Assembly: GCA_965140445.1 (NCBI GenBank)
Contig: OZ223236.1
Span: forward strand, 2,144,001-2,208,000
Length of the DNA: 64,000 nt
Reading direction: 5' to 3'
Origin: Candidatus Ozemobacteraceae bacterium
GTDB taxonomy: Bacteria; Muiribacteriota; Ozemobacteria; Ozemobacterales; Ozemobacteraceae
Made by a program: the position numbers and the translations under genes. Of the stretch, positions 37,538 through 47,563 are shown piece by piece; the first letter of the stretch is position 1, and every line of letters starts with the position of its first letter. Below the pieces are notes generated by a model. The model ran no database searches. It saw nothing but the letters and a program-made list of their open reading frames with translations, and had not been told where the DNA came from.

Positions 37538-40500
37538 TCAGGCTTTTCGCCCTTTCTTTTCGAGGCTTTGTTTAGCCTGGAAGGCAAAAGTTGCAAGGTT
37601 TGTTTCACGATTCGGAATAATTGTTCCATCGTAAATCATATCTACAAATGGAGCTTTATTTCTCATGTGAACCTTGAGAATAGCACTTGCTACTGTACTT
37701 GGCATACATGTGAATGGCATTGCGTTTACGACGCCATTAAAGCCTTCTTTGGCAAAGGCCAGTGCGCCACCGATACTCAAAATTGCTTCACCATTAATAT
37801 GATTTGAGAATATGTCATTGGTTTCGTGAAGAATGTGCTCAGTTGTGTGATCAAATCTATTGCTCAGAATATCTTTAAAAGGATGGGAAATGAATTTGCC
37901 AACCATTCTCTGATACTTGGAGGTAAGCCAGAACTTAGTGGCTTCAGAGAAGTTATTAAGGTTCTTTTTAAGCTTTAGCGCCGCTTTTGATTCTTCTACT
38001 CCAGTGTGAGTCGTGTATTCAATCCACTCCGCAACTGAACTTGTATAGGTTTCGCAACCTAATCTCTCAAGTTCTTTGATAAGGTTCTGGTTACTTTCTT
38101 TGTGAGTTCTCACAAAAATTTCTCCAACAATACCTATCAATGGCCTATTTTCATTACGTCTTTTAATTTCCCTGAATGCTCTTGCTGCTTTCTTGGCGGC
38201 TTTGACCAGTTTCAGGCCTCCACCAGCTTCGATAGCATCAATTCCCCACTTCATAGCTTCTTCGAAGATTCTGTCTGTGGTTCCAGGAGTCACTTCGTAA
38301 GGTCTGATGTGCCAGAGCGCTTTTTCAATCAAATCTGAATAAACTACAGATTGCCAGGCGAGCTGTCTGAATTGAACAGCTTGATCATCATTAAAATAAC
38401 CAGCAAATCTGTAGCTGTCTTCTGAACTAGGTGACAATATCGGGATTCCATTTTTGCCATATTTATCCAGAAGTATTCTATGTAGCCTTGTATATTGACC
38501 AAATCTGCATGGTCCTTCAGTTTCAGGCATGAAGAATGCAAGCTTATTGTCGACATCCATACCTTCAGCGCGATGTTTTTCAATTACTTCAAACATATCG
38601 CCTGTGGTTACAATACATGGGAAACATTCTTTGCCTGATGTGTTTTTCTTGCCGAATTCAAGACCTGTTTCTGAATAAGTCGGCATTACTTCGGCATTAC
38701 AGCCAACTGATCTGAATGCTGCCGCAAGACATCTTGCGCCTTCAGCCATTTTTGGAAGATATAGAGTGCGCTCAGACATTGGTGCCGTGGCTTTACGAGG
38801 AATAAAGTTGATATCTTTTTCTTTCAAAACATTAACTTCAGACTGATTTTTGATTGCATCGATAAAGGCAAGGAGACGAGTTTCAACGCCTGCACCAGCC
38901 GAATGTTCATCAAGCTCTAGCTCAAGGTATGGGCGATTTGTTCTATGCATTTCATGATTGAAGAAGTGAAGAACAAATGAGTCTGGGCCACATGAGAAGC
39001 TGGTCAAATACAGTCCGAACAAACGTTTATCCTGATTAATATATTTGGCGGCCTGCAGAATTTTGTTTCCGAAGCCCCAATACATATTCGGGTATTCCTG
39101 TTCAATATTGATATGATCAAGTTCCAAAAATTCCTGAGGAATTGCATGAATTCCCAGACGGCTGAAAGTACCGAAGAGATTCAAATTCGTTCTGGAATCA
39201 TAGGCACTATAAGGTCTTCCCACAACAATAACAGCTCTCTTGTCGCCGAGATTCTTCATTATTGTTGAGCCGACTCGCTTTATTTCAGCGTTGAAATCTT
39301 CGAGAATTGCCATTGATTCATCATATGCGGCAGAAAATTTCGCATTACTAAATGGCAGGCCTAATCTTCTGAATTCTCCAGCAAAGGCGCGAGTCATGTC
39401 GTCTTTGCCTTTTTTGAAATAGATCGCAGGTTTGATCGTTTTGTTTTTATCAAGACCAAGAGCGGCCATCAGCATGTAGGTATTGGACTCAACGTAAGGG
39501 CAGTAATAGCCGTTGTTGCCCTGATGCGACTCCATTTCGATCATCATTGGCAGGAAGAGCATGTCGCAATGATCTTTAAGATATGCAGCGTGTCCGTGCG
39601 ATATTTTTACCGGGAAGCACGCCTCGCAAGTCATTGCCGAGATTCCCTTGTCGACGATTTCGGTGTCAGTTTCAGGCGAAATAACGATTTCATAACCAAG
39701 TTTGGTCATTAAGTGAATCCAGAACATTCCAACCTGATGGAAGCTCAGAGCTCTCGGGATACCGAGAACAACCTTACCGCTTTTCTTTTCTGGTTCAGGA
39801 TCTTTTCCGGCAACTCTATAAAGGCCCTTCATGCGCTTGAAATAAAGTTCCTGTCTAACTCTATTAAAATCAGGGGTGCGTTTAGCTGCTGACTGACGAG
39901 ACTCATACATTCCGCAGTCACCGCCATACACGGCTTCGTCATTTCCAACACGATAAATTTGCAGTTTACAAAGATTGTGGCAGTTTGGATTTCTTTCACA
40001 GATTTCTTCATCGTGGATGAAGTTTTGGTCAGCAACATCCCAACCTCTGAATCTTGTGGTGAAAGTTTCACCAGCAGCGAGTTTGGCTTCTATTTCGTCT
40101 TTTGCGTGAAGAGCCGAACCTATTGCGCCCATAACTTCGCGGTGGGGTAGGGTGATAATTGGCTTGCCAACGATTCTTTCAAAAGCAGCGACTACAGATT
40201 TGTTGAGAGATGGGCCACCCTGGAAGCTAATCATATTCCCGATTTTTCCATCTTGCACAACACGGTTCAAATAGTTATGGACCACAGCTTGAGAAAGCCC
40301 TGCAAGAAGGTCTTCTACGGCTCCGCCCATCTGAAGATAGGACATCAAATCTGATTCCATATAAACGGTGCAACGCTCGGTTAATCTGTAAGGAGCTTTT
40401 GCAGCCATTGCCAGATCTTCGTATTCGCCAACAATGTTGATTCCAAGTTTATTTGCAGTTTCTTCCAGAAAGCTTCCGGTGCCGGCTGCACAAACCTTGT

Positions 40501-41872
40501 TCATTCTAAAGTCTACTACATAGCCTTTTCCAAGTGCAGTGTATTTGGCGTCCTGACCACCAAGTTCGAAAATAGTATCGATACCTGGCTCAAAATGAGT
40601 TGTGCCGCGGGCATGGGCGGTAACTTCATTTACGACGTCATCTGCACCAACAAAAAGATTGGCTACTTCCCGGCCGGAGCCCGTGGTTCCTACGCCCAGA
40701 ACGCGAACTCTTTTCACGTCAATTGTTTCTATGCAGTTTTTTAAGGCCTTTTTGATTGCTACAACTGGCTGGCCTTCAGTTGGAATGTATCTTTTGTAGA
40801 TTACCTGACCATCCGGGGTTACAAGCGCAAGTTTGGTTGTTGTTGAACCAATGTCATAGCCCATGTAAACATCCAGAATTTCTTTTCCCGCTGGAAGGCC
40901 TGTGGCTTCTCCGCACTTTGCAAATGGGTGAAGTTCAAGGCTAAGTGGAGCCGTTCTAACTGCAGCAAATGCTTCTGAGGTTTTAAGGTCAAGAATATTT
41001 TGTGCTGTTACAGCTCGGCCTTGATTGGTGCTTATAGCTGTATGAATCGCTCCAAGAGCTCCAACAATGGTATGGTTTTCAGGAATGGTTACTGATACGC
41101 CAAGAATTTTTTCGAATGATTCTCTGGCAAGCTTATTTGAAGCATATCCGCCGATGAAAGCTACTGGTTCTAGTAATTCCCTGTTATTTACAAGTGTTGA
41201 TTTAAAGTTTTTGGCAACACCGTCATGCAGGCCGGCAATTATATGCTTTATCGGGATGCCCTTATTTTGCAGATGTATCATGTCAGACTTGGTGAAAACT
41301 GTGCATCTACAGGCTACGCTTGCAGGGTCGTCAGATTTTTTTCCTTCTTCCATGAATTTTCCAAGAATGGCTTCCATTCTTTGCTGCGGATCTTTGATTG
41401 AATGAAATTCTTCAAAATCGGCAAAAATTCTTTCAGCCTGCTGATCAATAAAGCTTCCTGTGCCTGCTGCACAAGCTTCGTTGAGCTTGAAATCGTCCAG
41501 AATGAAGTTTTTATCAGATGGAGAAACAACCAATAGGGCTGAATCATGTCCACCGATGCTGACAACTGATCTGGCTTCCGGCATCAGAGCAAAAAGGCCT
41601 CTGGTTTGTGCGGTGGTTTCTATTTCAAAGAAAGTATCTAACTCTTCTGCAATTGCCTTGCCGTGTGTACCTGTAAAAGCAACTCTTTCAATATTTTCTT
41701 TGCCATATTTTTTTTCTAAATCGCCAAGAATTTTAGCGCAAAGCTCTATGGTTCGGCCAAAATGACGATAATAGGGGTATTGTTCAATTATTTTTCCGTT
41801 GGAATCACAAATAGCGGTATTGATGCTGACTGAGCCAAGATCAAAACCGATGTTTAAACTTTTCTGTGACAT
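37538..41872 (-). CDS. Acyl-CoA dehydratase activase-related protein (two BadF/BadG/BcrA/BcrD ATPase domains plus DUF2229-like domains)
   Basis: GFDLGSVS, NEACAAGTGSF, CRCTVF, GYDIGSTTTK, LGGQDAK, NKVCAAGTGSF, CFPVK, SCGPD, ELDEHS and PFTCMP. SD AGGAGG before ATG 41872. Confidence 0.93.
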   Translation of the reverse strand: MSQKSLNIGFDLGSVSINTAICDSNGKIIEQYPYYRHFGRTIELCAKILGDLEKKYGKENIERVAFTGTHGKAIAEELDTFFEIETTAQTRGLFALMPEARSVVSIGGHDSALLVVSPSDKNFILDDFKLNEACAAGTGSFIDQQAERIFADFEEFHSIKDPQQRMEAILGKFMEEGKKSDDPASVACRCTVFTKSDMIHLQNKGIPIKHIIAGLHDGVAKNFKSTLVNNRELLEPVAFIGGYASNKLARESFEKILGVSVTIPENHTIVGALGAIHTAISTNQGRAVTAQNILDLKTSEAFAAVRTAPLSLELHPFAKCGEATGLPAGKEILDVYMGYDIGSTTTKLALVTPDGQVIYKRYIPTEGQPVVAIKKALKNCIETIDVKRVRVLGVGTTGSGREVANLFVGADDVVNEVTAHARGTTHFEPGIDTIFELGGQDAKYTALGKGYVVDFRMNKVCAAGTGSFLEETANKLGINIVGEYEDLAMAAKAPYRLTERCTVYMESDLMSYLQMGGAVEDLLAGLSQAVVHNYLNRVVQDGKIGNMISFQGGPSLNKSVVAAFERIVGKPIITLPHREVMGAIGSALHAKDEIEAKLAAGETFTTRFRGWDVADQNFIHDEEICERNPNCHNLCKLQIYRVGNDEAVYGGDCGMYESRQSAAKRTPDFNRVRQELYFKRMKGLYRVAGKDPEPEKKSGKVVLGIPRALSFHQVGMFWIHLMTKLGYEIVISPETDTEIVDKGISAMTCEACFPVKISHGHAAYLKDHCDMLFLPMMIEMESHQGNNGYYCPYVESNTYMLMAALGLDKNKTIKPAIYFKKGKDDMTRAFAGEFRRLGLPFSNAKFSAAYDESMAILEDFNAEIKRVGSTIMKNLGDKRAVIVVGRPYSAYDSRTNLNLFGTFSRLGIHAIPQEFLELDHINIEQEYPNMYWGFGNKILQAAKYINQDKRLFGLYLTSFSCGPDSFVLHFFNHEMHRTNRPYLELELDEHSAGAGVETRLLAFIDAIKNQSEVNVLKEKDINFIPRKATAPMSERTLYLPKMAEGARCLAAAFRSVGCNAEVMPTYSETGLEFGKKNTSGKECFPCIVTTGDMFEVIEKHRAEGMDVDNKLAFFMPETEGPCRFGQYTRLHRILLDKYGKNGIPILSPSSEDSYRFAGYFNDDQAVQFRQLAWQSVVYSDLIEKALWHIRPYEVTPGTTDRIFEEAMKWGIDAIEAGGGLKLVKAAKKAARAFREIKRRNENRPLIGIVGEIFVRTHKESNQNLIKELERLGCETYTSSVAEWIEYTTHTGVEESKAALKLKKNLNNFSEATKFWLTSKYQRMVGKFISHPFKDILSNRFDHTTEHILHETNDIFSNHINGEAILSIGGALAFAKEGFNGVVNAMPFTCMPSTVASAILKVHMRNKAPFVDMIYDGTIIPNRETNLATFAFQAKQSLEKKGRKA

Positions 41873-41910
41873 GTAACATCCTCCTATACAGGGAAAAAAG
41901 AGAGTCATCT

Positions 41911-41939
41911 ATCATACCACTAAATGCGAAGAGGTTCAA
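41911..41939 (-). promoter_or_regulatory. Sigma-70-type promoter of the activase gene
   Basis: Minus strand TTGAAC-N17-TATGAT with an extended TG. Confidence 0.65.
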
Positions 41940-41991
41940 CGCCGGGAAGATGTCTCTGTGTTGCCCTTAAGCAGGAGGTTTGCGGGAGAAG

Positions 41992-43332
41992 TTATTTCCA
42001 GCCAGTATCTTTTAAATCAACTGGGTCCGATATTTCGGGTTCATCTTTTGGGGGGAGCTTCTTGGTTGAAGAAGCTGACTTGACTGGATCTTTCCAGAAA
42101 TTGATTTTTTTTGCTGGATCATTCGGGTTGTTTGATGGAGCAGGAATGCTGGTTTTTGGCTTTGGCATAAGCTTGATCATTCCATTATACGAGACAAGGA
42201 AATCTCCGGTGGAAAGTATTGTTGGTTTGTAAAATATACTTTTACCAAAGGCTGTCCATTGGCTTTGTCCGCTAGTTCCATCTATATAGCTGCCATAGGT
42301 TGTTCTGTCAAAAAATGAATCTTTGTGAGTAACAAAAACACCATTTCTAAATTGAAAAACGTTGTAAACATCTTCAAGAGGGCGGTGCCACATAAGTTCA
42401 CCACTATCTGAGTCTACGCAGCGAAGATTCTTTTTATCTACCAGAAGCAGTCTGTTGCCAGTTTTTCCAACCCCTTGAAAGCTTGTTTGAAGAGTAGTTG
42501 TCCATGAATTACCAGTCATCAGTGACATGCATATTACTCTAGAGCCACCAGCAGCCAGCAATACCAGCTTTTCATCAAGAACATCAGCTATTTTCAGGCC
42601 TTTAATGGGGTGCTTATAGATAATTTCCCCGTTAAATTGGTTAATGATCATTACCTGGCCTTCATTCGTTGTCTGAATGCAGACATTTTGTTTAAAAAAT
42701 GGGGGAGACGAGCTGACCGGGTCAGAAATTTCCCAAACTTCATCGCCAGTTTCAGGTTCCAGTGCCATCATTTTCCAGATCGGTGATTTTACGTCTGCAT
42801 AGCCGTAAACCACTACAACAACTTTATCTGCTGCATAAGACATAATTTTTCCATGGAATTTTTTCTCCCATAGAGGTTTTCCTGTTTTACTGTCGATGCA
42901 AAAGAGCATGTCGCTGGTAGAAGTTACAACGAATTTTTCTGAGTCAATTTTTAATGGCGCGAAAGTCAGTGGTTCAATTGTTCCAACTTCCCACATTAGC
43001 TTCAATCCGGGGACAGCAAATCCTCTTAACATTCTTGATTTGTCTGCAAGCAAAACTGTTTCCGAAAATGCAATTGGTTGAAAAGGAAGAATCGGCAACT
43101 CAATTGATTCTGTCGTTTTTCCATTTAGATCAACCTGGATAAGCTTATATTTTTTGTGGGCCTTTTCTCCGGCTACAAAAACGGCATTGTTTTTTACCGT
43201 GACCGGGTTTGAGTAGACCCTATAAGGAATTTCATTGGTCCAGCTTGCCTTGGTTTCTGGCTGAAATCCAAGTAAGTGGAAAGATAAAGCTCCAATAATT
43301 ACCAAGATTATCCCAATTGCTCTTTTTGACAT
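41992..43332 (-). CDS. PQQ-like / BamB-type beta-propeller protein
   Basis: Repeated blade motifs CIDSKTGKPLWE, ALEPETGDEVWE and CVDSDSGELMWH, with an N-terminal TM. Confidence 0.85.
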   Translation of the reverse strand: MSKRAIGIILVIIGALSFHLLGFQPETKASWTNEIPYRVYSNPVTVKNNAVFVAGEKAHKKYKLIQVDLNGKTTESIELPILPFQPIAFSETVLLADKSRMLRGFAVPGLKLMWEVGTIEPLTFAPLKIDSEKFVVTSTSDMLFCIDSKTGKPLWEKKFHGKIMSYAADKVVVVVYGYADVKSPIWKMMALEPETGDEVWEISDPVSSSPPFFKQNVCIQTTNEGQVMIINQFNGEIIYKHPIKGLKIADVLDEKLVLLAAGGSRVICMSLMTGNSWTTTLQTSFQGVGKTGNRLLLVDKKNLRCVDSDSGELMWHRPLEDVYNVFQFRNGVFVTHKDSFFDRTTYGSYIDGTSGQSQWTAFGKSIFYKPTILSTGDFLVSYNGMIKLMPKPKTSIPAPSNNPNDPAKKINFWKDPVKSASSTKKLPPKDEPEISDPVDLKDTGWK

Positions 43333-43336
43333 CTAT

Positions 43337-44005
43337 TTAATCTCGCTTTAACAATTTCAGAATTATTCCTACAGATTCATCTAGTGGAATTTTGCTGGTG
43401 TTTATTATCAGGTGATAGTGTTTATGGTCGGATACTTCTTCTCCGAAAAAATCGTAAATAAATTTAGACGCGGATTCGTCTTTCTGGGAAATCAATGACC
43501 TTGCTTTTTCTTCTTCGATACTTTGCTCGGCCATGATTCTTTTAACTCTATCTTCAATGTCGGCAACTACTCTGATATGAAAAACGTTTCTATCTTCTTT
43601 TAAAATTTGGGAGCCGCCTCTACCCAAAATAACTGCGCTTCCTGAAGTCAAAATTTCTTTCATGACTTTTGATAAAGCACTCACGTAGTCTTCTTCCAGG
43701 AAAGCATCTGAAGGGAAGGTCGAAAACATTTGCCCGGAATCCCAGTCTAAAGGACCAATTCCAAATGGGTGAAACACCATGCCGCCATGAGCAATACTGG
43801 AAAGCGCTTCCTGAAAAAATACTCCAACCCTGTTGTAGGTTTCCTGATCAAAATCAGCTATTTGCTCTTTATTTTTACCTAATTTTTCGGCAATCTCATT
43901 TAGGATTTCTTTATCGTATGAGTTGCAACCCAGTGCTTCAGCAAGTTTTAATGCAATATAAGTCCCACCAGATCCAAGTTCTCTCGATATTGTTATAACT
44001 GGCAT
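43337..44005 (-). CDS. Cytidylate kinase-like family protein
   Basis: VITISRELGSGG, VILGRG, RVKRI and YHLIINTS. Confidence 0.9.
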   Translation of the reverse strand: MPVITISRELGSGGTYIALKLAEALGCNSYDKEILNEIAEKLGKNKEQIADFDQETYNRVGVFFQEALSSIAHGGMVFHPFGIGPLDWDSGQMFSTFPSDAFLEEDYVSALSKVMKEILTSGSAVILGRGGSQILKEDRNVFHIRVVADIEDRVKRIMAEQSIEEEKARSLISQKDESASKFIYDFFGEEVSDHKHYHLIINTSKIPLDESVGIILKLLKRD

Positions 44006-44113
44006 ATGATTCTCCTTATTTTTGATTCCATGCCAACTTTTATTCTAAGCCTGATTCTTTCACTGTTCAACATAGAATTGTAAATAATTGTAAAAAAAAA
44101 TAATAAAAAAAGT

Positions 44114-44140
44114 TAAATGAACCCAAAGTTCTGCCGATAA
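44114..44140 (+). promoter_or_regulatory. Sigma-28 (FliA/SigD)-type promoter
   Basis: TAAA (44114-44117)-N15-GCCGATAA (44133-44140) is an exact consensus match. Confidence 0.75.
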
Positions 44141-44177
44141 TTTTTTTGGAAAACAAAAATTACACGGAGGAAGCAAA

Positions 44178-44318
44178 ATGGTTCACGCAGGGATGGTCGG
44201 AATTACAGAGTTAATGATGGATGATTGTTTTTTAAATTGGATGGAGTCTCAAGAAGATGAAACTCTCGAAACAAAAAGCACATTTGAAATTTATAAACTT
44301 TATTTAAAAGCTAACTAA
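44178..44318 (+). CDS. Small acidic protein, 46 aa (below the ORF track cut-off)
   Basis: MVHAGMVGITELMMDDCFLNWMESQEDETLETKSTFEIYKLYLKAN*. GGAGG SD at 44166-44170, with its own promoter and terminator. Confidence 0.7.
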   Translation: MVHAGMVGITELMMDDCFLNWMESQEDETLETKSTFEIYKLYLKAN

Positions 44319-44344
44319 AAGTTAAATTAGTTTTTTTGCGAAAG

Positions 44345-44367
44345 ATCGGAATGTTCCGATTTTTTTT
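44345..44367 (+). terminator. Terminator after the small ORF
   Basis: ATCGGAA-TG-TTCCGAT followed by a T-run. Confidence 0.65.
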
Positions 44368-44394
44368 GTTTTAGGAATATGCTGATTCTCAAAT

Positions 44395-44856
44395 TTATTT
44401 TAAAAATTTAGAAAAACTCTTTCTGTGAGAATCCAAAAAGTCTTCTTTTGAAGCGGAATCTCTAACGTATAGCATCAGCTTTTCAATTCTCTCAAGTGTT
44501 TCAATTGATATTTTGTGTTCCAGCAAACAGGCTTCTTCCTGAGCATATTCTTCCGGGAAAATTAAAACGTTTGTTAAAAAATCGGCCAAAATCCCGTGGA
44601 ATCTGTTTAATCGAGAAATGGTTTCTTTTCCTTTTTCGGTAAGAATTACTGGCCTGTATGACTCGTATCTGATTAAGTCTTTTTCTGCGAGTCTTTTTAA
44701 AGCGCTTGTGACTGAAGGAAGGCTAAAACCCATTTTTTTTGCGAGATCAGAAGTTCTTACTGCTCCATGCTCTGCTTGAAGATCAGAAATATTTTCAAGA
44801 TATGATTCCAGCGCTCCAGATAGCTTTTTCTTTACTTTTTTTCCATTTCCTGACAT
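44395..44856 (-). CDS. DtxR/MntR family metal-dependent transcriptional regulator
   Basis: LESYLENI...VRTSDLAKKMGFSLPSVTSALKRL...LTEKG...EEACLLEH. Confidence 0.93.
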   Translation of the reverse strand: MSGNGKKVKKKLSGALESYLENISDLQAEHGAVRTSDLAKKMGFSLPSVTSALKRLAEKDLIRYESYRPVILTEKGKETISRLNRFHGILADFLTNVLIFPEEYAQEEACLLEHKISIETLERIEKLMLYVRDSASKEDFLDSHRKSFSKFLK

Positions 44857-47123
44857 TCAGGTTTCCCGCCCTTTCCTTTACTTGCACAGCCTGAACAGCC
44901 GCTGCAAAAATTGCCACTAATGGTAGTGAAAAACCTTTTGAACAAATACCATCCCGCCAAAAAGCCTAGACCAAGAATAATAGCTCCTTCCTGGAAGGCT
45001 ATAGAACCCGCTTTTTCTGTTTCAAGCAACAGGTTTCCAATTTTCAAAACCATATAGCTGATTATATATGCCAGCATAACATATGTGAAGCTGGCAAAAA
45101 CAGTAAACTTTGTAGAACCACTTTCGCGCCAGATAACGCCAACCGTCGCAATGCAAGGAATGTAAAGCAAGGTGAAAAGCATGAAAACAAAAGCGCTCAA
45201 TTTTGACATTCCATTTTTTTTCATTGCATCGCCAAGGTTTTCAGAAAAAGGAGTGTACAGAACCGACAGGGTGCTTACCACTGATTCTTTTGCAAGAAAT
45301 CCCGGGATCAAAGAAACGGTTTCACGCCAACTGAATCCAAGAGGCTCCATTACAGGGTGGATTGCTTTTCCAATTCTGGCCATGTATCGACCTTCCATTT
45401 GTTCAATGGATTTATCACGCGAGAGTTCGGCAATCTGAGAATAAATCTTTTCATTTCCTGGGAGCTGTTTCAATTGGGTTATCTGGGCATCATAGTCCTT
45501 TGTTAAGGGGACTTCTCTTGGGAAAGCAGATAAAACCCAGATTAAGATGGAGCCAGCCAGGATTACAGTTCCCGCTTTTTCAATAAAGTGCATCCCTTTT
45601 TCAAAAAGCATGTCAAACACACTTTTAATGGTGGGCAGGCGATAAGGCGGCATTTCCAGAAGGAAAGGGGCGTTATTTCCTGTTTTAAAGAAAACAGAAG
45701 TTATCTGAGCCAGCAGGATTAAAACAAGAAGATTACAGAAAAACAAAATAAACATCCATTTGCTGGGATTTTCCGGAAAAAAGGAGCCGCAAAGAAGCAC
45801 CAGCACTGGCAACCTTGCTGCACAGGTAATTAAGGGAATTAACAGCATGGTAAGTAATCTTTGCGCTCTATTATCAATAATTCTTGTTGCCATAACTGCG
45901 GGTACATTGCAGCCAAGTCCCATAATCATTGGTATAAAAGCTCTTCCATGAAGCCCTATGCAGTTCATTAATTTATCCATTAGAAAAGCTGCTCTGGACA
46001 TATATCCAGAGTCTTCCAAAAGCGCTATCCAGAAAAACAATATGAGTATGTTTGGAATAAAAATCAGTACACCGCCGACTCCCCCTATAACGCCCTCAAC
46101 CAGTAAATCTCTGATCAATCCGTCAGCAAGATTGCTTTTTACAAGGGCGGTAATGAATTTTAACAGTGATTCAACCCATCCCATAGGGATTTCACCTAGA
46201 TAAAAAGTGGTCCAGAAAACCCATCCCATTAAGGCGGCAAATATAGGTAAACCAAAATATTTATGGGTTAAAACTCTGTCTATTTTTTCCTGAATTGGAG
46301 GAAGATGCTTTTGCGGAATTATTGCACAGGATTTTATTAGACCTTCAACTCGGCGATAACGATCTGATGCTAATTGGCATGCAAGATCTGTTACTTTAAC
46401 TTCTTTGTTTGTATGTTGACTTAGTTCTTTGGCCAGCTCTTTTTTTATTGGCAAAATTTCCGGAACTGTAACTTTAAAATCAATTAGTTTTCTGAGAGCT
46501 TCATACTTTTGATTTGGAGAGGCTGTGGTCCAGGTTAGCCCTTCGAGTTCCAGGGCATTGCCTGCAGCATCTTTCCATACTTTGGGAAGCTCTAAAACGC
46601 TACTTTCTGCCGAATCTGAAATATTGTCTGCGCCAAGATGCTCTAAAAGTGATGCTGTACCGTCACCTGTCCTTGCCACCGTAGGAAATGCATTACAACC
46701 GGAGAGTTTGGTAAACTTGTTGAGATTTATACTGCCACCCGAAGCAGTAAAGGAATCAAAGCAGTTTAAGCTTACTACAGGGTAAATCCCAAGCTCTATA
46801 AGTTGTGTCGTTAAAAAAAGGTTTCTTTCAAGGTTAGCAGTATCAAGAACATTTAAAACAATTTCTTTTGCAGCTTCATCCAGGCATTTTAAAACAATTG
46901 CTTCTTCGGGGGTTGCTGGTGAAAGCGAATATGTTCCAGGTAAATCGGTTATTAATAATTCTGTATTATTTACCTTTTTTACACCCTGGATCTTTTGAAC
47001 AGTTACTCCAGGCCAATTACCAACTCGCCTTTTTTCTCCGGTGATTGCATTGAAAAGACTGGTTTTTCCACAATTGGGGTTACCTAACAGGTAAATTTCC
47101 CGGTCTGATTTATGGCTCGTCAT
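44832..47123 (-). CDS. feoB: Ferrous iron transport protein B
   Basis: GNPNCGKT, VGNWPGVT, DLPGTYSL, LEDSGYMSRAAF, GCNVPA and YIPC, with a C-terminal Cys-rich CSGCSGC. Start taken at ATG 47123. Confidence 0.96.
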   Translation of the reverse strand: MTSHKSDREIYLLGNPNCGKTSLFNAITGEKRRVGNWPGVTVQKIQGVKKVNNTELLITDLPGTYSLSPATPEEAIVLKCLDEAAKEIVLNVLDTANLERNLFLTTQLIELGIYPVVSLNCFDSFTASGGSINLNKFTKLSGCNAFPTVARTGDGTASLLEHLGADNISDSAESSVLELPKVWKDAAGNALELEGLTWTTASPNQKYEALRKLIDFKVTVPEILPIKKELAKELSQHTNKEVKVTDLACQLASDRYRRVEGLIKSCAIIPQKHLPPIQEKIDRVLTHKYFGLPIFAALMGWVFWTTFYLGEIPMGWVESLLKFITALVKSNLADGLIRDLLVEGVIGGVGGVLIFIPNILILFFWIALLEDSGYMSRAAFLMDKLMNCIGLHGRAFIPMIMGLGCNVPAVMATRIIDNRAQRLLTMLLIPLITCAARLPVLVLLCGSFFPENPSKWMFILFFCNLLVLILLAQITSVFFKTGNNAPFLLEMPPYRLPTIKSVFDMLFEKGMHFIEKAGTVILAGSILIWVLSAFPREVPLTKDYDAQITQLKQLPGNEKIYSQIAELSRDKSIEQMEGRYMARIGKAIHPVMEPLGFSWRETVSLIPGFLAKESVVSTLSVLYTPFSENLGDAMKKNGMSKLSAFVFMLFTLLYIPCIATVGVIWRESGSTKFTVFASFTYVMLAYIISYMVLKIGNLLLETEKAGSIAFQEGAIILGLGFLAGWYLFKRFFTTISGNFCSGCSGCASKGKGGKPECQEMEKK

Positions 47124-47361
47124 GATGCAGTTCAACCCCTATTAATCCCGATTCAGAACTTCTCAATCCCAGTTGATAACCCCTGATTTCAAAAGTTGTG
47201 GGGTCTCCCATTGGAGCTTTGTTTATTGCTTTGATTGTAGTTCCTGGAACGAATCCAAGGTCTAATAAACGCTGGGAGGTTGGAGATGATGTATCAATAT
47301 CTCGAATAGTGCCTTTTGCACCTTCGGGAAGTTCTGAGAGACTAATTGTAGTTCTTACCAT
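47110..47361 (-). CDS. feoA: Ferrous iron transport protein A
   Basis: RLLDLGFVPGT...APMGDP...IRGYQLGLR. Start taken at ATG 47361. Confidence 0.95.
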   Translation of the reverse strand: MVRTTISLSELPEGAKGTIRDIDTSSPTSQRLLDLGFVPGTTIKAINKAPMGDPTTFEIRGYQLGLRSSESGLIGVELHHDEP

Positions 47362-47386
47362 GACTGCTCTGCCTTTTTTAGAAGAA

Positions 47387-47436
47387 TTAGTTTCAACTAA
47401 CAATATTAGTATAGTCTAATTGGTATGTTGGGTCAA
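47387..47436 (-). promoter_or_regulatory. feoAB promoter with two tandem DtxR-family operator cores
   Basis: TTGACC-N17-TATACT, with TTAG-N6-CTAA at 47387-47400 and 47406-47419. Confidence 0.8.
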
Positions 47437-47511
47437 GTTATTTTTTTCTCAAACTATTGTGACGGTGTACAGCTTTGTTGTTTTGAAAGTTCCTGAATCA
47501 GACCGTTGACG

Positions 47512-47544
47512 AAAAAAGGCTCCCGATTTAAGGGAGCCTTTTTT
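47512..47544. terminator. Rho-independent terminator
   Basis: A6-GGCTCCC-loop-GGGAGCC-T6. Confidence 0.88.
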
Positions 47545-47563
47545 GTGGGTAAAGTTTGATTAA

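Noticed and set aside
44020..44037. TTGGCATG as a sigma-54 -24 element upstream of the cytidylate kinase-like gene
   Set aside because: There is no GC at the -12 position.
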